In this document: positions 19,153-29,786 of the stretch, in pieces | How the letters are laid out: every line of letters begins with the position of its first letter | How positions within the stretch are numbered: the stretch's first letter is position 1 | Source: a bacterium | GTDB taxonomy: Bacteria > UBP18 > UBA7526 | Assembly: GCA_030615855.1 (NCBI GenBank) | Contig: JAUWYL010000001.1 | Location: 53,850-117,849, forward strand | DNA: 64,000 nt | Direction of reading: 5' to 3' | The notes under the pieces: generated by a model | Seen by the model: only the letters and a program-made list of their open reading frames with translations | Databases searched by the model: none | What the model was told of the DNA's origin: nothing | Program-made: the position numbers and the translations under genes

Positions 19153-20670
19153 ATGGCTCAGAAAAGAGAGGTCTGGAAGACACATACAGGCATGATCCTG
19201 GCCATGATCGGAACTGAGGTAGGCTTGGGGAATATCTGGCGGTTCCCCTACCTCTGCGGTCGCCATGGAGGGAGCGCTTTCTTAATTCCCTATCTCGTTC
19301 TCTTGTTCGGGATAGGCATCTTCGCCATGATGGCCGAGTGGGTCATTGGAAGATATTCCCGGAAAGACCCCTTAGGTGCCTTTGAAAAAATTAAATTTCC
19401 CAAGGGAAGGGAGGTAGGAGCCTGGGGGATCATCGGCCCCTTCTTTCTCTATGCCTACTACATTGTCATTACTAGTTGGGTTCTATTCTTCATCATCGCC
19501 TCCTTTGCTGGGCTATACTTTGGGAAAGATACTCAAGAGTTCTTCCTGAGCTTCTTATCCAGTCCTTATATCTTTTTATTCCATCTGGCCGCCGTTGCTA
19601 TTACGAGCGGCATTCTGGCTCTCGGGGTACAGAAGGGGATTGAGAAGGCCTGTAAATTCATGATTCCCGCCCTATTCATTCTCTTAATCATCGTCACAAT
19701 AAGATCCCTCACCCTTCCTGGGGCTTCCGCTGGTGTGGAATTCTATATGAGGCCCCGCCTGGGAGCATTACTGAATCCTGCGGCCTGGATCGCTGCCTTG
19801 GGCCAGATATTCTTCACCCTGAGTCTGGGCATGGGGGCCATGATCATTTATGGCTCTTATCTAAAAGATAAATGGGGGATCCCCACCAATGCTGTGGCCT
19901 GCGCCTTAGGAAATACCTCGGCCTCTATCTTGGCTGGCTTCGCCATCTTTCCCGCTGCCTTTGCCTTAGGATTGGGAAGTGCAGTCTCCGGGTCCCAGAG
20001 CATAGGACTGACCTTCCTTGTTCTCCCTAAAGTCTTTGAGAGGATGCCCGCCGGCTGGCTATTCGGAGGGTTATTCTTCCTTCTTTTAGCCTTCGGCGCT
20101 CTTTCTTCCGCCATAAGCATCCAGGAACCGAGTATCGCTTGGTTGGATGAGGAGGTGGGCTGGAAGAGGAAGAGGAGCGCCCTTTTCACCGGGCTTATCA
20201 TGTGGCTTATGGGTCTTCCCTTCATTCTCAACGGATATGTTATGGGAGGTTTGGGAGAGAAACTGGCTTTACTCTCCAAGATGGATATCATCATCGGCCA
20301 ATTGGCCCTGCCCCTCTTTGGACTATTGGCTATCGTTGGTATGGGCTGGGTCATGAAGGAGAAGGGCTTCCAGGAACTACATAAGAATGCCCGGCATAAG
20401 TTCGGGAAGTGGATCAGACCCTGGATGAGGATCGTCGTTCCTTCAGCAACTATCCTCATCTTCATCCTGAGCCTCATTACCGTCCTTGAGGAGAGGGGGG
20501 TAATTAAGAGGATTCTCCCTGTAGTTAAAATAAGAGAATTTGTTCCCCTGGGCATCGGGCCCTCAACAGTCATCATGATTATTCTAGCTACGGGGCTCGT
20601 CTGGGGAGGGTGCATCTTCTTAACTACTCGGGCAATAATCACAGAGAAAAGAAAGGAGAAAGGGATTTAA
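19153..20670 (+). CDS. Sodium-dependent transporter, SNF/NSS family
   Basis: VGLGNIWRFPY, GGSAFLIPY, ALGQIFFTLSLG. Confidence 0.92.
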   Translation: MAQKREVWKTHTGMILAMIGTEVGLGNIWRFPYLCGRHGGSAFLIPYLVLLFGIGIFAMMAEWVIGRYSRKDPLGAFEKIKFPKGREVGAWGIIGPFFLYAYYIVITSWVLFFIIASFAGLYFGKDTQEFFLSFLSSPYIFLFHLAAVAITSGILALGVQKGIEKACKFMIPALFILLIIVTIRSLTLPGASAGVEFYMRPRLGALLNPAAWIAALGQIFFTLSLGMGAMIIYGSYLKDKWGIPTNAVACALGNTSASILAGFAIFPAAFALGLGSAVSGSQSIGLTFLVLPKVFERMPAGWLFGGLFFLLLAFGALSSAISIQEPSIAWLDEEVGWKRKRSALFTGLIMWLMGLPFILNGYVMGGLGEKLALLSKMDIIIGQLALPLFGLLAIVGMGWVMKEKGFQELHKNARHKFGKWIRPWMRIVVPSATILIFILSLITVLEERGVIKRILPVVKIREFVPLGIGPSTVIMIILATGLVWGGCIFLTTRAIITEKRKEKGI

Positions 20671-20671
20671 T

Positions 20672-20794
20672 ATGCACTTGACTATATTGACTGGTGCCCG
20701 ATTCGGCTGGATATTCGTCATTCTCCAGATCATCATTATTTATACCATCTTCCTCCTCATCCAGAAAAGGGTGGAGTCTAGGAGAAAGAAATGA
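20672..20794 (+). CDS. Small single-TM protein (40 aa), possible NSS transporter accessory subunit
   Basis: Hand-translated MHLTILTGARFGWIFVILQIIIIYTIFLLIQKRVESRRKK; starts 1 nt after the transporter stop. Confidence 0.55.
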   Translation: MHLTILTGARFGWIFVILQIIIIYTIFLLIQKRVESRRKK

Positions 20795-20795
20795 G

Positions 20796-20898
20796 CCCCA
20801 CCCCTCACAGAATTGGTAATTTTGAGATTGAAAAACTTGAACTAATAGATTCTTTCTTTATAAAAATTATTTGCTTGACCACGAAAGGAGGGGCGGGG
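20796..20898. mobile_element. Empty CCCC(A/G)C-ended miniature element
   Basis: CCCCACCCCTC / GAGGGGCGGGG inverted ends (10/11), flanks TGAG / TGAA. Confidence 0.55.
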
Positions 20899-23213
20899 TG
20901 AATAATAAATCGCGCCTCAGGGAATGGGCTGGCCATCTCATCAAGCAACTACACATCGTTACTACTGATATGGGCATCTATCCTGCCAAGCATCCCATGA
21001 TCGCCCGATCCCTAAAGGCCTCCTATCAGGAACTAAGGGATTACCTGAAGAAGGAGAGGGACTTAACGATAAGCGTCGTTGAGAATAAATTGGTGGTAGA
21101 GGACCTCCCGCTGGAGGAGAGAGATAAGACATTCATCAAATTCAACTCTGACTTAAGTAGCCGGAAAATTCAGAGCATTACCTTCCTCAGAGGCCTAGAG
21201 ATGGAGGAGTTCCAGGCCCTCCTCCAGGTTCTGGCCACTAAACCAGATATCCTTGAGAAGAAAGGTGGAGCAACAAAGGCATTACTCCAGCCAGGCATTA
21301 GCCATCTAAGGATAAATGAAGTGCGCTATGAGAAGCTGGCCAAAGGCAAGAGAGTGCTCAGGATTGAGGAGGGGGTGGACCTGATAATCCAGTATCTTTT
21401 GGGGAAGACCCCCGGGATAGGTGAATTTAAGGATACCTTTGTTCAAGAGATAAAGAGGGATCCAAAGCGCGTTGGAGGACTAATTACTGATGTGGCCAAT
21501 GCCGTTGGCCGAACTGAAGAGGGAGTGGACCTCAGGGCGGAGGCCGTGCTGAGAAGCATCCAGAGGGTAGGGGATGACCTCCTGGATGGTTCGGTTCAGG
21601 CCTGGCAGGAGCTTAAAGCAGGATGGGCAGAGGTAATCCTATCATTAGAACCGGAGCTGCGCGCCATGATTCTAAGGGAAAAGGAGAAGATGAGGGTTGA
21701 TGGGACAGACGACCTCTTAAGGGATATCATAGACGAGTTCTCCAACCAAGCCATCCTGGATATCATATTGAGCGAATATAATCGAGGAGAACCGCTGATA
21801 AACCTGAAGTCTTTAGCAAAGAGGCTCTTCTCCTATCCCGAGCGAAAGGAGAGGCTGGGACCTCTTTTAAAGAAGAGATTGATGAAAGCCGGCATGTCAC
21901 AGGAGGATTACTCCTACTTAATAGGTGAAGAGATGTGGCCGGGCCTCTCCAGCGAAGAGAGGGCAAAGAGACTGCTTGAGAAAGAGCCCAGAGAGCTTCT
22001 GGATGAGGCCCTGTTAAAGACCATGGAATCAGTGATTAAGGGGTTGATTACCTCTGGGAAGGATGATCTCATTAGTCCTATTCTGAAGAAATTCTTAAAA
22101 AATTTGGAAGATCCGGCCTCTGTTATTCGCCAACAGACAGCGGAGGAATGCTTAAAGCTTATGGAAATTCTTCTTTGGAATAAGAAGTTTGAGATAGTGG
22201 AGGAAAGCACGAGAGTACTTATCCAGAACCTGGAAAAAGAGAAGGTTCTTGCAGTCTATTCTGCCCTGGCAACTAACTTGGAGAAGATAGCGAAACAACT
22301 TATCTCTTTCAAGAAATATTCCCCCACCATCGAGATAGTAAAGAAATTTACCCAGCATGCCTCTCCTGCCAGTAAGCAGTCCCGGGAAGAGCAGGAGCGC
22401 GCCCTTGAGGCAAGGAAAGGAATCGCAGATCCTTCTACCATAGAGGCCCTCCTCACTGCCCTGAAAGGTGAGGCTCTAAACCTAAAAGAGATATCTTTCC
22501 TTCTGGTTGCCCTAGGAGAGAGGGCAGTTAATCCCCTTATTGAGGTCTTGCAAGAGGAGAAGGATATAGAGGTGCGCAGAAGGATTATCCCGGTCTTTAA
22601 AGGAATGGGGCAGAAGGCCTTGGAACCCCTGAAGCTCCTCCTATCCGATAAGAGATGGTATGTGCTGAAGGATGTTGTTGAGATTCTGGGAGATATCGGG
22701 GATGAGTCTACCGTTTCTTCCCTTATCCTCCCCTTAAATCATGACTACTTCAAGGTGCGTGTGGAGACGGCCCTTGCTTTGGGAAAATTGGGAGGCCAGA
22801 GGGCGGTGGAGCTGTTAACTATTGCCCTCAAGGATAGGGATAATCTGGTGCGCGAGGTAGCCGTTACTTCCTTAGGGAATATGGGGGCAGTAGGAGCCCT
22901 TCCGGCGCTACTTAAGATAATTCACAGAAGAAGGTTCTTAAAGAAGGATATTACCTTTCAAAAGAAGGTCATCGAAGCCTTAGTCAAGATAGATCCTAAA
23001 GGAACAAAACCAGAGATCATTGGACTCCTTAAGAAGAAGCCACGACTGGGCAGAAAAAAATATGATGAGATCCGAATATGCGCTGTCATTACCTTGGGAA
23101 GGATGGGGGCTCAGGAGGCCTTATCCGAGTTAGAAAGGGCGAAGAAGGATAAAAACGAAAGACTGCGCCAGGCAGCAGAGCAAGCGATCAAAGAAATAAA
23201 AAAGCCTCAATAA
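20898..23213 (+). CDS. HEAT repeat protein
   Basis: N-terminal IYP..HPM motif; C-terminal HEAT/PBS repeats (LSDKRWYV, VRVETALALG); GTG start with SD GGAGG. Confidence 0.8.
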   Translation: MNNKSRLREWAGHLIKQLHIVTTDMGIYPAKHPMIARSLKASYQELRDYLKKERDLTISVVENKLVVEDLPLEERDKTFIKFNSDLSSRKIQSITFLRGLEMEEFQALLQVLATKPDILEKKGGATKALLQPGISHLRINEVRYEKLAKGKRVLRIEEGVDLIIQYLLGKTPGIGEFKDTFVQEIKRDPKRVGGLITDVANAVGRTEEGVDLRAEAVLRSIQRVGDDLLDGSVQAWQELKAGWAEVILSLEPELRAMILREKEKMRVDGTDDLLRDIIDEFSNQAILDIILSEYNRGEPLINLKSLAKRLFSYPERKERLGPLLKKRLMKAGMSQEDYSYLIGEEMWPGLSSEERAKRLLEKEPRELLDEALLKTMESVIKGLITSGKDDLISPILKKFLKNLEDPASVIRQQTAEECLKLMEILLWNKKFEIVEESTRVLIQNLEKEKVLAVYSALATNLEKIAKQLISFKKYSPTIEIVKKFTQHASPASKQSREEQERALEARKGIADPSTIEALLTALKGEALNLKEISFLLVALGERAVNPLIEVLQEEKDIEVRRRIIPVFKGMGQKALEPLKLLLSDKRWYVLKDVVEILGDIGDESTVSSLILPLNHDYFKVRVETALALGKLGGQRAVELLTIALKDRDNLVREVAVTSLGNMGAVGALPALLKIIHRRRFLKKDITFQKKVIEALVKIDPKGTKPEIIGLLKKKPRLGRKKYDEIRICAVITLGRMGAQEALSELERAKKDKNERLRQAAEQAIKEIKKPQ

Positions 23214-23242
23214 AACAGAAAAACTTTATTACTTTATAAGAT

Positions 23243-23267
23243 AGGTCCCGGTTGGGGCCTTTTTGTT
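23243..23267 (+). terminator. Intrinsic terminator
   Basis: AGGTCCC-loop-GGGGCCT followed by a T-run. Confidence 0.6.
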
Positions 23268-23418
23268 GTTATTAAGCAAAAGTTGTGGTAAAATAATTAA
23301 AAACATTGGAAGGAAGAGATTTAAACAGATGGATGCAGATGCAAACGGATAATAATCCGTCTGAATCCGCCCCAATCTGTATGCATCCGCATTTTGCCGA
23401 ACGAAGTGAGGCCTATAA

Positions 23419-25410
23419 ATGCCGAAGTTCAGATTGGTCTCTGACTATAAACCAAAAGGGGATCAGCCCCAGGCAATTAGGGCTTTGAATAGAGGCCTTG
23501 ACAAGGGGATGAGACACCAGACTTTGCTTGGGGTTACCGGCTCGGGAAAGACCTTTGCCATGGCCAATGCCATTTTCCATATCCAAAAGCCCACCCTCAT
23601 CATCTCCCACAATAAGACCTTAGCAGCCCAGCTATACTCTGAGTTCCGAAGCTTCTTTCCAGAGAATGCCGTGGAGTATTTCGTCTCTTACTATGATTAC
23701 TATCAGCCAGAGGCCTATATTCCCCAGACAGATACCTATATTGAGAAGGATAGTTCCATAAATGATGAGATTGATAGATTGAGATTGAAGGCCACCAGTT
23801 CCCTCATGTCCCGGGATGATGTGATCATCGTAGCTAGCGTCTCCTGCATCTATGGATTGGGCTCTCCTGATGAGTATAGAGAATTACTGGTCTTCTTGGA
23901 GAAAGGAGAGGAGATTTCAAGGAAAGAGATACTGAAGAGATTGGTGAGCATCCAGTATGAGAGGAATGATATCGATTTTGCCCGGGGAAGGTTCCGGGTG
24001 AGAGGGGATACCATAGAGATATTTCCCGCCTATACGGAAAACGCCTATAGAATAGAATTACTCGGGGACAAGGTAGAGAAAATTACCCAGATAGATCCCT
24101 TGGCTGGTAAGAAGATCGCTGACTGCAAGAAGGCCATTATCTATCCCGCAAAGCACTTCGTCACCACCTCCTCCCGATTAGAGAGAGCCATGAAATCCAT
24201 CGAAGAGGAACTGAAGGAGAGGTTAAAAGAATTGCGCTCCCAGAATAAATTGTTAGAGGTCCAAAGACTGGAGACCAGGACAAAGTATGACTTAGAGATG
24301 ATGAGGGAGATCGGCTACTGTACCGGGATAGAGAACTATTCCAGGCATCTATCGGGAAGGAGGCCAGGGAAGAGGCCCTGGTGTCTATTGGATTACTTTC
24401 CCGAAGATTTCCTACTCATCATCGATGAGTCTCATCAAACCATACCCCAACTAAATGGGATGTATAATGGAGATATCTCAAGGAAGAAGACCCTTGTGGA
24501 GCATGGCTTCCGACTTCCTTCTGCCCTGGACAATAGACCATTAAAGTTTAAGGAGTTCGAGAGATTGATGCCCCGAACAATATATGTCTCTGCTACCCCC
24601 CGGCCATACGAGATAGAGAAGAGTAAACAGATCGTGGAGCAGATCATACGGCCTACGGGACTGATTGATCCCAAGATCTCTGTGAGGCCGACAGAGAATC
24701 AGATAGATGATTTGATTGAAAGGATAAAGGAAAGGGTGAAGAATAAAGAAAGAGTCCTGGTAACTACCTTGACCAAGAGGATGGCAGAGGATTTAGCGGA
24801 TTACCTAACCCAGATGGACCTGAAGGTCAGGTATCTTCACTCCGAGATCAATACCATAAAGAGGGTCGAGATATTGAGAGACTTAAGGGCGGGAGAGTTC
24901 GACTGTCTGGTAGGGATAAACCTCTTGCGGGAAGGATTGGACCTGCCCGAGGTCTCATTGATCGCTATCTTGGATGCAGACAAGGAGGGCTTCCTGAGGA
25001 GCGAAACCTCTCTAATCCAGGTCGCTGGTCGAGCCGCGCGGAATGTCAATGGAGAAGTCATCATGTATGCCGATCGGGTAACCGGCTCCATGAAGGGGGC
25101 CATAAATGAGACCAATAGAAGAAGGGCTATTCAGTTAAAATATAATGAGAAGCATCACATCACTCCCAAGACCATCGAGAAGTCCATTCAGGATATGTTA
25201 GTGGTTTCCAGCGAATCGAAGGAGTATGTCTCCTCCCTATTAAGAGAAGGAGGATATCAGTACCTGCCAGCGAGGAACATTCCCCGGGTAATCTCTGACC
25301 TTGAGAGGCAGATGAAGGAAGCCGCGGATAACTTAGAGTTTGAGATCGCCGCTATGTTAAGAGATGAAATTATGAAATTGAAAGAAAAACTTTCCGAAGC
25401 AAGGGGCTAA
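23419..25410 (+). CDS. uvrB: Excinuclease ABC subunit B
   Basis: [28 protein letters not shown]. Confidence 0.97.
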   Translation: MPKFRLVSDYKPKGDQPQAIRALNRGLDKGMRHQTLLGVTGSGKTFAMANAIFHIQKPTLIISHNKTLAAQLYSEFRSFFPENAVEYFVSYYDYYQPEAYIPQTDTYIEKDSSINDEIDRLRLKATSSLMSRDDVIIVASVSCIYGLGSPDEYRELLVFLEKGEEISRKEILKRLVSIQYERNDIDFARGRFRVRGDTIEIFPAYTENAYRIELLGDKVEKITQIDPLAGKKIADCKKAIIYPAKHFVTTSSRLERAMKSIEEELKERLKELRSQNKLLEVQRLETRTKYDLEMMREIGYCTGIENYSRHLSGRRPGKRPWCLLDYFPEDFLLIIDESHQTIPQLNGMYNGDISRKKTLVEHGFRLPSALDNRPLKFKEFERLMPRTIYVSATPRPYEIEKSKQIVEQIIRPTGLIDPKISVRPTENQIDDLIERIKERVKNKERVLVTTLTKRMAEDLADYLTQMDLKVRYLHSEINTIKRVEILRDLRAGEFDCLVGINLLREGLDLPEVSLIAILDADKEGFLRSETSLIQVAGRAARNVNGEVIMYADRVTGSMKGAINETNRRRAIQLKYNEKHHITPKTIEKSIQDMLVVSSESKEYVSSLLREGGYQYLPARNIPRVISDLERQMKEAADNLEFEIAAMLRDEIMKLKEKLSEARG

Positions 25411-25468
25411 AAAAGTCCCAATTGAAGTATAGAAAGCATTCGCTCTAATGCGAAAGTGGTGGAGAAAA

Positions 25469-26380
25469 ATGAAAAAGAAAATTGGGGGATTAAATCTAAA
25501 GAAAGTTAGGCCTATTGTGAGGATGGCTCTGGAAGAGGATGTTGGGAAGGGAGATATTACTACTAATCTTATTATTCCCAAAGGAAGGAAGGCGAGAGGG
25601 GCCATCTGGGTCAAAGAAAAAGGGATCATTGCTGGATTGCCAGTGATGGGATTAACCTTTAAGACAGTGAATAAAAAAGTAGAATTTAAAGCAAAAGTGA
25701 AAGAGGGAGAAAGGGTAAAGAAAGGGCAGGCGATCGCAGAAGTTATTGGTAATGCAAGGAGTATATTGACTGCAGAAAGGACGGCATTAAATTTTTTGCA
25801 GAAGTTATCCGGAATTGCTACCCTGACCAATCAATTTGTGGAAAGAGTTAAACCTTATAAGGTCAAAATTTTCGATACTAGGAAGACTACCCCGGGCTTA
25901 AGATACCTGGAGAAATATGCTGTGAGGTGCGGAGGAGGGTGTAATCATCGCATGGGACTCTGGGAGATGGTTCTCATAAAGGATAACCATCTTAAAATGC
26001 AAAATGCAAAATGCAAAATGCAAAATTTAAAGGATATAGTAGAAAAGATAAGGGAGAAGATACCAAAAGGGATGAAGATTGAGGTAGAGGCGAAGAATTT
26101 AAGAGAAGTAAGAGAAGCCTTAAAAGCAAGGGTGGATATTATAATGCTTGATAATATGAGCATAGAAAGGATGAAGAAAGCCATAAGGCTAATCCAATCC
26201 AGGATCCAGGATCCAGGATCTAGGATCCCTCTTATTGAAGCATCAGGAGGAATAACTTTAGAGAATGTGAAAAAGATTGCTAAGACTGGAGTAGATAGAG
26301 TCTCTATCGGTGTCCTGACCCATTCTGCCAAAGCCTTGGATATCAGTTTAAACATTGCAACCACAGAGGACACAGAATAA
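25469..26380 (+). CDS. nadC: Nicotinate-nucleotide diphosphorylase (carboxylating)
   Basis: ERTALN, DTRKTTPG, LIKDNH, IMLDNM, EASGGI; two heptamer inserts. Confidence 0.95.
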   Translation: MKKKIGGLNLKKVRPIVRMALEEDVGKGDITTNLIIPKGRKARGAIWVKEKGIIAGLPVMGLTFKTVNKKVEFKAKVKEGERVKKGQAIAEVIGNARSILTAERTALNFLQKLSGIATLTNQFVERVKPYKVKIFDTRKTTPGLRYLEKYAVRCGGGCNHRMGLWEMVLIKDNHLKMQNAKCKMQNLKDIVEKIREKIPKGMKIEVEAKNLREVREALKARVDIIMLDNMSIERMKKAIRLIQSRIQDPGSRIPLIEASGGITLENVKKIAKTGVDRVSIGVLTHSAKALDISLNIATTEDTE

Positions 26381-26501
26381 ACATAGAGGACACAGAATAA
26401 ACATAGAGGACGCAGAGAAATAAAAATATGAGAGAGAAAATTTTAAATATTGTAACCGCAAAAACGCAAAACATCCGCAAAAGCGCAAAAGAGACAAAAC
26501 T

Positions 26502-27530
26502 TTGAGAGAAAGAATTTTAAATCTTCTGTATCAACGAAAGAAAGAGTATGTTTCCGGGGAGGAATTGAGCCAGAAACTGGGGATTTCAAGGACTGCTATC
26601 TGGAAACATATCCAGGCCCTAAAGGGAGAGGGCTATAAGATTAATAGTCAAAAAAGATCGGGTTATTCCTTAATTTCGGTTCCCGACCTCCTCTTGCCCT
26701 ATGAGATTAAAAGAGATTTGAAGACTAAAATCTTAGGAAAGAAAATATACCACTTTAAGGAGATTGGCTCAACGAATGATTTTGCCATAAAGTTAGCACG
26801 GAAGGGAATAGGGGAAGGGGCAATAGTCGTTGCCGAAACTCAAGCCAAAGGAAAGGGGCGCCTGGGAAGAGAATGGTCTTCGCCTTTCGGTGGATTGTGG
26901 ATTTCCATAATCCTGAGACCAGAGATTCTTCCTACTCAGGCACCGAGGATGACGATCATCGCTGCCTTGGGAGTAGCAAAGACAATAAGGAAACTCTACC
27001 CCCTGGATGCCTTCATAAAATGGCCAAACGATGTTCTAATCCGATCTAAAGTTGGGACCATTCGCGCGAATGGGCGAATGAGAAAGAAAAGGTCTAGGGT
27101 CTTTAAAAAGGTATGTGGGATATTGACGGAGATGGGTGCGGAACAGGATACGGTCAATTATGTAGTGATCGGGATTGGAGTGAACTTAAATATTGATATT
27201 AAAAAATTTCCTATGGAATTCCGAAAAAATACTACTTCAATAGAAAAAGAACTGGGTCGCAAGATTGATAGTGTAGAATTTACCAAAAGAATGCTTGAAG
27301 AAATAGAGAATTTTTATCTTCTCCTTAAGAAACGAGGCTTTGCACCTATTCTAAAAGAGTGGAAGAAAATCTCTGCCACATTAGGAAAGAGAATAAAAGC
27401 GGTCTCTGGGAATAGAATCATAGAGGGAAAGGCTATAGACATCGATTCCCATGGAGCACTAATCATAAAGACAAAAGAAGGGAAAAAGGAAAAAATCTTA
27501 GCTGGCGACGTAACCTTAATGCGAAATTAA
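26502..27530 (+). CDS. birA: Bifunctional biotin ligase/repressor
   Basis: N-terminal HTH (SRTAIWKHI), GKGRLGREW, KWPND, KVCGIL; TTG start. Confidence 0.93.
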   Translation: MRERILNLLYQRKKEYVSGEELSQKLGISRTAIWKHIQALKGEGYKINSQKRSGYSLISVPDLLLPYEIKRDLKTKILGKKIYHFKEIGSTNDFAIKLARKGIGEGAIVVAETQAKGKGRLGREWSSPFGGLWISIILRPEILPTQAPRMTIIAALGVAKTIRKLYPLDAFIKWPNDVLIRSKVGTIRANGRMRKKRSRVFKKVCGILTEMGAEQDTVNYVVIGIGVNLNIDIKKFPMEFRKNTTSIEKELGRKIDSVEFTKRMLEEIENFYLLLKKRGFAPILKEWKKISATLGKRIKAVSGNRIIEGKAIDIDSHGALIIKTKEGKKEKILAGDVTLMRN

Positions 27531-27557
27531 AGCATTTTTTAATTTTTTCTTGTTTCC

Positions 27558-27606
27558 AAGAGCCCGCCTTTTCGCCTGCCTGCAGGCAGGGCGGGTTTTT
27601 GCTTTT
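27558..27606. terminator. Probable bidirectional terminator containing a CCTGCCTGCAGGCAGG palindrome
   Basis: GCCCGCC...GGCGGGT stem with T-run between convergent genes. Confidence 0.55.
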
Positions 27607-27708
27607 AGTAAAAAGCTTAAGAATTTGGAAACAATATAAAGAATTAATATAGGGGATTAGGAAGAACAGGAGGTGATCTTTAGAAATAGAAGACAGTCAT
27701 GTTTTTAA

Positions 27709-28791
27709 TTAAGGAAGAGAGGAGAAGGTGTTCTTCATTGCTGAGAGTTTTTCTTCTTTCAGGACATTTTGGATGGTGAAGATAATCACTCCTTTTGAAC
27801 CTTCTGCTTCAATGGCAATCTTTATTGCTTCTTTAAATTCTTCCTGGGGAATATTTCCTGCTTGGATGATGGGAAGGATCGGTTTACCCGATTCTCTATG
27901 GACATATTCTATAATCTCTCCAATCCAATCAGTTCTTTTTTCGCACATCTGGTGATAGACCATAGGGGAGAGGAAATCGACATATTCACCTAAGGAAAAA
28001 TAGTCTTGGCCGATTATATTCTTGATGGCGTTATTAAAATCCTTTTCTTGCCAGGGAACGGTGAATATTCCTAAAGTTTTTCCCTTGGTAATTTCCCTTG
28101 CCTCTTTCACAAAGTCCGCAATCTCTTTACATCTCCAATCCCGCCATTCCCTTTCATGATTCTTCAGAATCCAGGATGCTTTCTCCCTTGCTATCAGTAG
28201 TTCTTCAGGGATTGAGATCTTAGTATCTTCTTGGAACTTTTCTAAAGTAATGGGATCGAAAGAGGTCTCCTCTATTCTGGGGGAAGGAACCTCCCAGTGG
28301 CCGGGCCATCTGATAGCATCGAGCCAGATGCCATCGATATCCTTTGTTGCTAATTTCTCTATTTCTTCTAATTTCTCTCTACGAATTGCCTCTATGGTTG
28401 GAATAACCCCGGCATACCATCTATCCTTCTCAATCGGCTTACCTTTATCATTTATCGGTCGACTCTCTGGATATCTCCTCCAGTATTCTTCTCCCCCAAA
28501 GATCCCCACCGTTCCATAGACCTTTATCCCTACCCTATGCAAGGCTTCTAATAGTTCTGGGTCTTCATAGCCACCGAAGACAGCATTTATTCCCCAATCC
28601 TTCACTATTCTAGCGATTTCTTTCCCATTCTTTCCCCTAAAAATCTCTAAATCCTTAGAGAATCCATAGACAGCCTTTATCATTTTTTCCTCCTTCACTT
28701 TAATAGGGAAATGACGATAAATTGCTCCTCCAATCAGGAGAAACAAAGCCAAAACTCCCAATATTATCGCAAAAACTCTTTTCCCTAACAT
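27709..28791 (-). CDS. Membrane-anchored glycoside-hydrolase-like TIM barrel protein (GHL10/DUF187-like)
   Basis: N-terminal TM; DGIWLDAIRWP, DFLSPMVYH motifs. Confidence 0.6.
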   Translation of the reverse strand: MLGKRVFAIILGVLALFLLIGGAIYRHFPIKVKEEKMIKAVYGFSKDLEIFRGKNGKEIARIVKDWGINAVFGGYEDPELLEALHRVGIKVYGTVGIFGGEEYWRRYPESRPINDKGKPIEKDRWYAGVIPTIEAIRREKLEEIEKLATKDIDGIWLDAIRWPGHWEVPSPRIEETSFDPITLEKFQEDTKISIPEELLIAREKASWILKNHEREWRDWRCKEIADFVKEAREITKGKTLGIFTVPWQEKDFNNAIKNIIGQDYFSLGEYVDFLSPMVYHQMCEKRTDWIGEIIEYVHRESGKPILPIIQAGNIPQEEFKEAIKIAIEAEGSKGVIIFTIQNVLKEEKLSAMKNTFSSLP

Positions 28792-28813
28792 CGGCTACTC
28801 CTTTATTAATTAT

Positions 28814-28900
28814 GACGACGCACTTCGCTTACCTCGTCTACTAAAGATGCGGAGGAATAACAAAGTTCTCCCCGATAAATCGGGGAGGCATCTTTATTAT
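28814..28900. mobile_element. GACGACGC..CTTCGCT..CCTCGTC hairpin element (long form)
   Basis: Same start and TATTAT end as the 38-bp insert in yggU at 38611-38648. Confidence 0.6.
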
Positions 28901-28911
28901 ACCATATTCAT

Positions 28912-28940
28912 TTGACAAAGAAGGAATCTTGTGATAGTTT
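28912..28940 (+). promoter_or_regulatory. sigma70-type promoter for coaX
   Basis: TTGACA-17 nt-TAGTTT with upstream TG. Confidence 0.55.
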
Positions 28941-28961
28941 ATTATGATTAGGAGAAAAGCT

Positions 28962-29786
28962 ATGAAATATCTCTTAGCTATTGATGTGGGAAATACCACA
29001 ACAGCCATTGGTATCTTCAGGAAACGCGAATCAAAGCGAATGGAAAAAGGACGCGAATCAACGCGAATAAAGAAAGAAAAATTAGTCATTAACTGGCATG
29101 TTGCTACCATCCGCCAGAGGAGCGCAGATGAGCACTATATCCTCCTCGAGGAGTTATTTCGCTTTAACAAGATAAGGAAAGGGGATATAAGGGCCATGGT
29201 CATCTCTTGTGTCGTTCCTCCCGTATTGAGCGCTCTGGAGGAATTAGCCAGAAAGTATTTCAAGATTAAACCCCTGATCGTTAGTCCGGGCATTAAGACC
29301 GGGATAGCCATAAAATATGACGATCCCCGAGAGGTAGGGGCGGATAGGATAGTCAATGCCGTAGCTGCCTATGAGAAGCATGGTGGACCAGTAATTGTTG
29401 TTGACTTCGGTACCGCGACCACCTTTGATGTCATCTCCAAGAAGGGAGAATACCTGGGAGGGATCATTGCCCCGGGAATCCAGATTTCCTCCGATGCCCT
29501 ATTTGAGAAGGCGGCCAGACTCCCCCGAGTAGAGATTATAAAGCCCAAGAGAGTAATCGGGAAGGATACGGTAAGTTCCATACAGTCTGGTCTAATCTAT
29601 GGCTTCGTGGGCCAGGTGGATGAGATTATAAGAAGAATTAGCGAGGAATTGAGAAGCAAGCCAAAGGTTATCGCTACTGGTGGATTGGCAAAGCTAATTG
29701 CCACAGAATCAAAGACCATCGAGAAGGTAGATCCTCTGTTGACCTTGGAGGGCCTTCGCTTAATATATGAAAGGAATGTGAAATGA
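28962..29786 (+). CDS. coaX: Type III pantothenate kinase
   Basis: LLAIDVGNT, GADR, VDFGTATT, ATGG; 10-mer insert at 29024-29069. Confidence 0.95.
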   Translation: MKYLLAIDVGNTTTAIGIFRKRESKRMEKGRESTRIKKEKLVINWHVATIRQRSADEHYILLEELFRFNKIRKGDIRAMVISCVVPPVLSALEELARKYFKIKPLIVSPGIKTGIAIKYDDPREVGADRIVNAVAAYEKHGGPVIVVDFGTATTFDVISKKGEYLGGIIAPGIQISSDALFEKAARLPRVEIIKPKRVIGKDTVSSIQSGLIYGFVGQVDEIIRRISEELRSKPKVIATGGLAKLIATESKTIEKVDPLLTLEGLRLIYERNVK

